Positions 54,961 through 64,000 of a stretch of 64,000 bases of DNA are shown piece by piece; position 1 is the first letter of the stretch, and the number at the start of each line of letters is the position of its first letter. A program made the position numbers and the translations under genes. Source of the stretch: Takakia lepidozioides (taxonomy: Eukaryota; Plantae; Bryophyta); assembly GCA_030704615.1 (NCBI GenBank), contig CM060734.1:39494001-39558000 (forward strand), in the 5' to 3' direction. The notes beneath the pieces are model-generated. The model searched no databases. It was not told the DNA's origin and saw only the letters and a program-made list of their open reading frames with translations.

Positions 54961-55773
54961 AAATGATTTGAAATAATTAACATGTAGTGGATGTAGGATT
55001 GGAGTATGCATGTTGATGAGATCTTGCAGCAGCTAAACCTACGAGAGAGGGGAGGGAAGACTAAGGTATAAAATGTTTGGATGCCCGAGCGGTCCATGGG
55101 ACCAAAAGTAATTTCCAAACTATTACCAAACATCACAAACCTATAACGAAATAAAGAAAATTGAAAATATTCTAACATGTGGTCGAAGACCTAGCACATC
55201 AATTGTATTGTGCAAATAAGAGCACTTTCACGTGGAAGTGTGCAGGCAAATGTGGAGTACACTGTGGAAGCCTGGTCATCTATCAGGGGTCCAGTGGATA
55301 CTGCTAATGTGCTTGCTACCATGAAAGTTGAGAGCTCTAGAGGAGATGTGAACTACATCACTCTTGCCACGTATATCTCCACTTGTATATATTTTGCATA
55401 TCTTAAATGTTTGGCAATGTTATCAGTAAAAGCTGTTGGTGCCAATTTTCCTTGCTCTGGAAAATTTGCACCCTTACAACATGTGGACTTGGGAAACTAC
55501 TTGTTGTAGTACAAACTAACGTGTTTAAGCTGTTACTTGGATACGATATTTCGTTGGAGAAATTTGGGCGAAGATGGAGCCTCTATTTTGTAGTGCAAAT
55601 CCATCTATATCTGTTTGTGCATGAGGCGTTATGTTAATCCTTTCTCTGTAGTTCTACTATGTCAAGAAGAGCCATTTTTAGGTGGGGGTGTGGTGGTGCA
55701 GATGTATTTGTTTGACGGAGTGAGAAAAAAATAAAAACTTCTTCCATCCCAAAGGGATTGTCACCCCTCCCAC

Positions 55774-57334
55774 GGGGGATGCTATTGTGTGAGCAGATCC
55801 CGCGAGCAAAAAAATTTGTGAGCAGAAATCTGCTCATGCTTGAGGACCTACCTACCTATAACCGCGGACATCCAGTCGACTTAGAAGACCTATTACTGCG
55901 CAGAGTGGCCGATATCACAAGGTCGGTTACGGATACTGTTGGGATGAATGAGGGATGAATGGCGGATGAATGTCTGTATGATGTATGAGACATGGATGAA
56001 TGAAATAAATGAAATAATACAAAATTGTTTTGTAGTAGTAGCTCCGAAATCCCCCGAGCTCCGAAATCCTTTAAACCATGCTAGTCTTGCTTGCAAATCA
56101 ATTGTGAAAGTGCAGTGTATATTGCCAACAATGAATCCACATTGCTTTGTGGATTGAGCAGGGGTTATTTGTCATTTTTCCAGGTATCCAAGGTTGAGAG
56201 AAATGCTCACACCCAAATCTAAAGAAGGCAGAGAGGTGAACTCGTGCTTTATCCCCAGCACCTGCACATACACCGCCTTACCGCCAAGGCTTGTTCGCCA
56301 TAAGATTTTTTTGGGTGAATTTTTTGGGGGTTTTTGATTTTTCCATGAATTGTCATATGCCAACTCGTACTGGGAATTAAGATATCGTTGACGACACCTT
56401 AATCCTCAGCACCTGCACACACACCACCTTACCGCCAAGGCTTGTTCGCCATCAGATTTTTGTGGGTTGAAATTTTTTGGGTGAAATTTTTTGGGGTTTT
56501 TGGTTTTTGGTTTTTCCCGACCTGCGCACGCACCGCCTTCAAAGTTTTGTTGGATTTCTGTTTTTTCCATTTTTGGGCCATAATCTGAAAAGACATGTGG
56601 CAGCAGCTGGTGAGATTTAAGATGTCGTTGACGACACCTTAATCGCCGCGACCTGCACAAGTGTCGGCTTTGTAGTTTTGTTGGATTACACACACCGCCT
56701 TCAAAGTTTTTTTGGGCTCAATTTTTTGGGTTCATTGTTTTTGGAGGAATTTTTCTGCGATTTTGTTTTGTCCTCCACTTCTCATGTTCTATCCTCCTCC
56801 CTCCTCTGCAGCCCCACCCCCATCAGAAGAGTCCATAGGTAACTCAAATTTACTCTTGTATGTAATTGTCTTGTAACTTCAGCAGTTTCCTTCAGGTTCC
56901 CTCAACTAAGTGCTGCCAAGATCAGCCGACAAATCTGAAATTCAGGACACACTCGAGATGCAATTGCTCCACGTGAAACAAAAACGAAGTCATGGTTCAT
57001 CCATTTCGCTCATTTCTCATCCAACAGTCATTCACCATTCATCATTTCCATTTTTCATTCATCCTGAAACCATTCATCTGTCGGCTTTTTCATCGCACAT
57101 TCATACCATACGGTCGTCATGGAGCTTGGATTGTCCCTTCGGATGGGGTGTGCATGCGTCCGTGCATTGTAGTTTTTGTCCACGGCAATAGGCCATCTTC
57201 TTCTCTCGGTTGTAGGCTCCCATTCACTAATCTGCTCACGCTTGAAATCTGCTCATGCTTTAGGGATTCTGCTCACGTTTTCCACTTTAAGCGTGAGCGT
57301 GCTCACGTGAGCTGCTCACACGGTAGCTGCCCTC
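55774..57334. mobile_element. Non-autonomous Mutator-like element (MULE)
   Basis: Imperfect ~35-bp TIRs (gggggatgctattgtgtgagcag / ctgctcacacggtagctgccctc), 9-bp TSD ccctcccac (55765-55773 / 57335-57343), subterminal ctgctca motifs and internal tandem repeats at 56257-56710. Confidence 0.8.
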
Positions 57335-57489
57335 CCCTCCCACCACTTATGGCTGTGAGTGTTGGGCACCTGGTGCCCCAGTTTCCTGGTGGGAAAAACA
57401 TTTGGAACCGCTGCAATTGTCTTTCCTCCAGGGGACCGATATGTCGATATATGTATTGAGGTCAGTTTGATATATAGCTGATAGTATGA

Positions 57490-57625
57490 TATACTACATA
57501 CTGCATGGGTTGGAATTGTACGAGATGTCACTGCCCTGGTTGACATGTTTGCCAAATGTGGGTGCATGAAGGATGCAAAGGGAGTTTTCAACACTCTGGC
57601 TGAAAGAGCAAAGAGGTGCATGGAA
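57490..57625 (+). pseudogene. PPR fragment
   Basis: VTALVDMFAKCGCMKDAKGVFN; DNA similar to 54830-54890. Confidence 0.75.
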
Positions 57626-58519
57626 CCCTTTGTCTTTTACTGAGTTGCTGTGAGCAGGATATGAAGATATGGATAGCCTCCATGCGCCAGCTGATGACTA
57701 TAAGCACTTGAAGGAGGAAGAGCAAAGCAAAGGTCTCCATTTACCAGAACAACTCATTAAGTAGTGCAATGAAGCTAGGATATTTTCCTTATCTCTCTCT
57801 TTTTTCTTGTTTGTGTCCCTAGGCTCTGGGTCTCCCCTACATGGACTTCCTTTTTTCTTTTCATGAGCCAACTCCACCAGCATGTCCTCTTCCTCCTTCC
57901 GCCCCCGGCTAAATTTCTGACAAGAGCTTTGGACAACAGGCTTGGTTCTCAAACTCGTATGGATGGAACAAGAGATGACATAAGTTAATTTGCCCAATTG
58001 TACAGCATGCAAAGTGCAGATCATGCCCTGGTAAGTTATGAGGCTGATGCTGACATTTTTTTAGACAACAAAACTCCCTGTGTCTTTTTTTTCACATGGA
58101 GTTTATGGTCCACATAGGCCAGTTGATTATTTTGTGCACAGCTTCTTTGATCACGGGTCCGCATGACTGGAGCATCCTCTTAGGGAATTTAGTAATCCAC
58201 ATTGTGCTCCTTTTTCACCGAAACGTTTTTCCTCTCCTTTGGTCGAACTTGGGCGCATGAAAGTACAGTGAAAAAGTTCACTGACTCCATTTCTCTGCTG
58301 AAGCTGGTGTGACTGACTGGAAACTCCAAAGACCAATCATGTTTGTATTACAGATTGGATATTCTGGGTGCCAGTACATTGAATGAAAGCATCAATTTAA
58401 CCCTCGTAGGTGTCGCAAATGCTGTGAACAAGAGAGTTGGACACAATATTTTTCTCATGTGCGGGGTTTTCTTTAATGACAGGTGGAATTTGCGACAGTG
58501 AATACAGTGAAATAAACTC

Positions 58520-60616
58520 AAACCACCATGGTGGTAATGACAAGAGATTTTGGTTGGCCCTTGAACGCTTGTACAAGTCGAAAAGCTGTCAGCAAGTACA
58601 AGCACTGAAGACTACTAAGGGTGCAGTGGTAACTTCATCGTTTGACATTGTCAAAACCTTTGAAACCCACTACAGTATCCTTGGCAGAACTTCTAGGTCT
58701 AACAGTGAGGGGTCCTCTGATGAATGGAAGGACACAGTTGGTAAAACTGTTCAGCCCTGATGAACTGGAGTATATTTCAAAAGCCTACAACGCTCCCATT
58801 AGTTCTTCTGAGATTGTGGAAGAAATTGAACATCTAAATGGATATAAAGCAGGTGGTCCTGATGACATAGTCAACGAGCTTATCAAGCACGGTGGCGATC
58901 CGATGATAGAGGCCCTAGTTCTCCTCTTTAACCTTATCTGGAAGACTGAAATGATCCCCTTTCGCTGGCGACATGGGGTCATTGTCAATCTATATAAGAA
59001 GGGTGACAGAGAAGACCCGGGGAACTATCGTGGCATCATGCTCCTCAATGTTGTTGGCAAGATATTTTGCAGAGTTATAAGTACTCGTCTCGAGGTTGAT
59101 CTGGAATCTAGAAGTTGTTTTCACGAAGGCCAAGCTGGCTTTCGGCGAAACAGGGGCCGTGTGGACCATATCTTCACTCTAAGCCAGATTATCCAGGGAA
59201 GGGAAAAAGAAGGGAAACCCACTTATGTTTTTTTCTTGGATGTCAAAAAGGCTTATGACACAATGTGGAGAGATGGTCTATGGCTCCGCCTCTGGTCTTG
59301 CGGAATCAAGGGAAAAATGTGGAGAGTTGTCCATAACTTGTATGCTCACACCAAAAGCCGTGTCACTGTTAATGGATACAAGTCCAACTTTTTTGACATA
59401 GACCAAGGTGTAGCTCAAGGATGTACCCTCTCTCCTCTGCTCTTCAATGTTTTCATCAATCAACTCCTCGAGGATGTGGAATGTGAGGGATTTGGGTTAA
59501 GGGTGGGTGATGCCACCATTCCAGCCCTTATGTTTGCGGATGACTTCGCAGGCATAGGGGAGACTCCTTCCAACCTCCAGGAATTCATTGATTGCGCAAA
59601 GAGATACTTTGATCTTTGGGAGCTAGAGGCTAATGTCAGTAAATGAGCAGTGGTGGCATTCAACGACAGAGGAGAGGGAGGAAGTGATCTTAAGTGGCAG
59701 TGGGGTAGCCAAGAGATCCCGGTCCTCCCATCCTACACATACCTGGGCGTTGAGTTTTCCTCCAACTGTAACTGGGATGCACACATCCAGAAAGTTGTTC
59801 AAACTGGCAAGGGCAAAACACTGACTCTCACTAAATTTTTTCACTTCAGAGGGATTAACTCTGAGGTCAAGAAAACCTTGCTTTGCCGCGTTATTAGACC
59901 TGCCTTGGAGTACGGATCTGCTTTATGGGTTGATAACTCCAAGCAGGCTAAGTCTCTAGAATCCATTCAAGTGGGGGTGCTTAAAGAGTGCATGTCAACA
60001 TGCTCCAAAACAGCCAATGTGGCTGTTCGGGGTGAGTTTGGCATCCCTTTCTTAAGCTCCCGACGAAATGAATTCAAGGTCAGATGGTGGGGTCAGTTGC
60101 AACATGTCCAACACCAGATACCCTAAGTTAATCGACTCTATATATTGGAAACAGGATCGCCCTGTCAAACAGGCTAAGTCCTGGCAGAAGAGAGTAGAAG
60201 AGATTCTCAAGGATCTGAATCTGGACCCGCAAGTCTTGACCTTGCTGGATAAATCTGACTTAGAGACTATAGTGTCCAAAGCCATGTCTGTTACCAGCAA
60301 ATTGTCTGATGCAAATGAAGTTAGGCATAAAACTTCCCCGAACCTGTTTCCAGTCTGTGACATGGGGGAGGATATCATGGATGACCTCAAGGGTCTATCC
60401 ACTCTTGGCACCAGACTGAAATTTAAACTCAGGGCAAGAACCCTACCTTTGAACAGTAAATAGAAGCAGAGAGGAAAGGGAGAGTGCAATTGCCCGTTGT
60501 GTGGGCAACCCGAAGACAATATTCATTTTCACATTCATTGTCGGGGTACTCTCACCAGAGAGAAACTCTTCTCCAATCTATCAAGAGAATTGTGTCTGTA
60601 CCTCTGTTTACCAACT
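58520..60616 (+). mobile_element. RTEX/RTE-group non-LTR retrotransposon ORF2 (RT plus CCHC), truncated at both ends and degenerate
   Basis: KAGGPDDI, NYRGIMLL, QAGFR, FLDVKKAYDT, GVAQGCTLSPLLFN, LMFADDF, YTYLG and CPLCGQPED; stops and frameshifts at ~58750, 59644, ~60110 and 60461. Confidence 0.93.
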
Positions 60617-60813
60617 GTTACCTCATTCTCAAATATTTTCCTAGTAACTGAGGCACTATTTGCAACTTTCTGAGATATATCATAATTTTGTAACTTTTAC
60701 AATAAAACACAAGGTATGTGAAATAGGGCAATGGACAGAGGAGAAGTGCCTTTTGTGAGAGCGTCTAGTACTGCAGATACTTTTGGAATGCTTCCTTCTG
60801 TGATTTACTTGCC

Positions 60814-61995
60814 TAAAAATAGTTTCAGAACCGCCATTCTCCCCCACCGGACTGGGCTCGAATCCCCTAGTGATGCTGCAAGATATGGTCGGTGCAAGGT
60901 GGATTGTTCTATTAATCTTACAAGTCTTGGAAGGACTTTGAGCCTGCGTTGGTATATCGGCTGGCAAAGATTGGATAAGAGGAAAAATAAAAAATAAAAG
61001 ATAATAAAGGTTTCAAACCCGCCCGGCTCTCCTTCTTTGGAGAGAGTTCGAGTGCCCAGATAAAAATAGTTTCAGAACCGTCAGTCTGCCCCACCGGACT
61101 TTGAGCATGTGCTCGTATATCGGCGGGCAAAGATTAGATACTTTCTGCACTTCAGAGAACCGCACTTTGGCTTCTTTGAAAGAGGACTTCGGATCGGATC
61201 CGGTTAGACAAACTCTAATTTTACTTATAGAATGGGGTTTTGGTCTCCGGGAGGAAAGAGGAAAAATAAAAATAAAAAGATAATAAAGGTTTCAAACCCA
61301 CCTGGCTCTCCCCCTTCGGAGAGAGTTTGAGTGCCCAGATAAAAATAGTTTCAGAACCGCCATTCTTCCCCACCGGACTGGGCTCGAATCCCCTAATGAT
61401 GTTGTAAGATATGGGAGAGAGGAAAAATAAAAAGGAAAAGATAATAAAGGTTTCAAACCCCCCCAGCTCTGCCTCTTCGGAGAGAGTTCGAGTCCCCAAA
61501 TCAAAATTGTTTCAAATCCGCCATTCTCCCCCACCGGACTGGGCTCGAATCCCCTAGTGATGCTGCAAGATAGGGTCGGTGCAAGGTGGATTGTTCTATT
61601 AATCTAACAAGCCTTTCGAAAGAGGGCTGCAGATCGGACCGGGCCAGACAAACACTTATTCTACTTATAGAACGGGGTTTGTCATGTCCGGGAGGAACGA
61701 TAATAAAGGTTTCAAACCCGCCCGGCTCTCCCTCTTGGGAGAGAGTTCAAGTCCCCAGATAAAAATTGTTTCAAAACCGCCCTTCTCCCCCACTGGACTG
61801 GGCTCGAATCCCCTAGTGATGTTGCAAGATATGGGAGAGAGGAAAATTAAAAAGGAAAAAGATAATAAAGATTTTCAACCTAGCCGGCTCTGCCTCTTCG
61901 GAGAGAGTTCGAGGCTTCAGATAAAAATTGTTTCAGAACCGCCATTCTCCCCCACCGGAGTGGGCTTGAATCCCCTAGTGATGCTGCAAGATATG
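60814..61995. repeat. Higher-order tandem array of a ~135-bp core with interchangeable spacer modules
   Basis: Core gataataaaggtttcaaaccc...ggctcgaatcccctagtgatg starts at 61000, 61279, 61440, 61699 and 61861 (partial copy at 60814); ~420-bp super-period. Confidence 0.92.
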
Positions 61996-62562
61996 GTCTC
62001 GGTTTGATCTCAACCGGATCAATGCTTCTGAGGGTGAATGATTATTCAAACCAGACCTTCACAGAGCATGTTCAGTGGACGATTTGTTGCAGCCTGAATC
62101 ATCATCCCACCCAACTGTAACTATTAGTTTCCACACATGAAATGTCTAAGGAAGGCTAAATATGTCAGTTTTTTCAAGAATGATGGAAATTTTGAGTTCA
62201 TCATTTGAGGAGTGGTTGCCAAGAAGCAAGAGATGTATCAGAAGTCCAAAAGTAAGAGTGTCGTAGCGGAGGAATCGAAACATTCGGAACAAGTTGTGAA
62301 TCGCTTGTTGAAAAACTTCTATTGTAATTTTTATTAACATACAGTTATTTCTTTTCTATATAACATGGAACATTGGAATATATAAACATTGAGAGGGTAC
62401 ACAAACAATTTCGTTGAAATGACACGTGTATGACTCGCTCATATGCAATTTAGTATTCACAATGATAAAATTTTATTCAGTACATGCATGATCAAAATTC
62501 ACTTTTGTCTTGGAAACTGTACTATACTACGGCCACAAAACTAGTATGTATGAAACTATGGT

Positions 62563-63853
62563 CTATTCCATCCTGTAGACGTCTTGGGGCTCTACCCAAC
62601 TGAATGGTTTGTTCATGAAGTGGAACACTACTTGGGCTAATGTGAGCCTCTCAGACGGGACCGTGCTATTATATAACCTTCGTATGGCAGAATTCCAACA
62701 TAGTCATGTGTAGTAATCCTTGAAAAGACTGGCATCATACGAATCGCCGCCATTTATTCTACCGCTATCTTTCCGACTGTAAAGGCCTCCAAGGTCATGT
62801 CTCGGGTGTGCATTTGTGGTGTGTCATCCACCTAACTGTTTTCCTTGTTAAAAGCCATGGCAATTGCAGGTTCCACCCACCATCTACGTTTGAGAGTCCG
62901 CGTCATTTTGTCTTTGTTTTCAAACTGGTACGACTAGGTTTTGCGTATCTCCGTTGAGGTGGCCAACCCCCAATCACACACCCCAATCTTAATCTCCTCG
63001 GTGTCATGTGGAAAATGCAACAAGATGTTGTTGGGGGACAAGTTGTTGTGTTTGACATGGTTCTTATGGACAACATCCATAATACTCACGAGTGCCCATA
63101 CAAGTTTACTGCGCTCTCTCCGAAAACGAACCAAGCGATCGGTTGCCTTTCGTTCCCGATTGTCTTTCAGTCTCTTTGTTGTCCCAATCACTTCCCCATT
63201 TTTTTGTCAAGGTTCAACATATCAGTTATTGTTCCCTCATTCTACCAGCGAGTATATCCCTCTACTTCACTTGCATTCACAGCAAAGTATGTAATGACTC
63301 CTGCATGCTGGAATCTCACTGCCAAAGACTCGTCGTTATATTGCCTCACCGCAACTTCTGGGTTTTTGGCTTTGGGTGTTTTCCCTATTAGTTCCCAACT
63401 ACACGGTATTCGTGAATCGCCAACAATCCTACACTTACGAACCTTGGCATATCCTCTTTCTTTGTAGGGGCCAAGTTGTTGGACCTGAGCACTTGTGTTT
63501 ACGTAAATAAGACTTATTGTACTTCCCCCGCTTGATGATGCCGCTTTCCAAGGGACTAACCTAGTCTGGTGATGTGTATTTGCGCTTATTGAATGCGCCC
63601 ACCACTCGACAAGTTGGTATAACTCGGTTTTCCAGCTAGGCAACCGACCTTCAGTTGTTCTATCCTTCCATGTCCTCATTACCTGCCTCAAATTCCACGT
63701 GACATCTTTTGCCCTACTCTCGAGCCAATGCAAGAATTTCGGCTTGTTCCTATCCTCCATCCGCTGATCTCCAGCCAAACCCTCTCTCATTCTCTTCTCC
63801 ATATATTTGCTGAAAAATACGAAACCCCTCGTGTCCATGCCGGACATAAGCAC
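62563..63853 (-). pseudogene. Intronless degenerate protein-kinase-like gene
   Basis: ERGYAKVRK (Gly-loop remnant), KHNNLSPNNILLHF (catalytic loop), VCDWGLA (DFG equivalent), WWVEPAI and EAFTVGKIA; several stops and frameshifts. Confidence 0.75.
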
Positions 63854-64000
63854 TTTGCAGCCTCATAATGTTTTTTTCTTTGAAATAATCAAATATAGTT
63901 CTTTTAACCCTGTCTAAAGCATTTGGTCCCAGATAATGTTGTTTGTTGACCTGGCTATCTCGCTCGTGGGCATGTTTTCTTTTCCTCCGACCCCCAGACG

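Noticed and set aside
60814-61995. CRISPR-like array
   Set aside because: Units are ~135 bp, the spacers are themselves repeated, there are no cas genes, and the context is eukaryotic.

Overview
Land-plant nuclear DNA, probably from a non-seed plant (inferred from the gene and transposon content). Two intact multi-exon housekeeping genes are present: organellar tryptophanyl-tRNA synthetase (+, 15 exons, 15210-22219) and RNA polymerase I second-largest subunit NRPA2 (-, 27 exons, 35976-51976, with one U12 AT-AC intron and two GC-AG introns). Damaged genes include a mitochondrial acyl-carrier-protein gene with no recognisable full first exon, an EMC6 pseudogene, PLS-PPR remnants, an FCP1/NIF-like ORF and a decayed kinase. 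Mobile DNA is dense: three Ty1/copia families, a Ty3/gypsy integrase with a C-terminal PHD finger, a Helitron2-like element whose helicase is fused to a Ulp1/C48 protease, an RTEX-like LINE with intronic 3' fragments, a tRNA-derived SINE, a hAT MITE, a MULE and a higher-order tandem array. The most notable structures are: the two ends of what looks like one Helitron2-type insertion lying 27 kb apart in opposite orientation beside an empty copy of the target site, suggesting a ~26-kb inversion carrying EMC6 and NRPA2; a copia element split by an inversion, shown by its AAGTT target-site duplication; a 171-bp near-perfect hairpin made by inverted duplication of a signal-peptide pseudogene; and a SINE that hit the same 10-nt target twice. 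All coordinates and alignments were read by eye and no database search was run.
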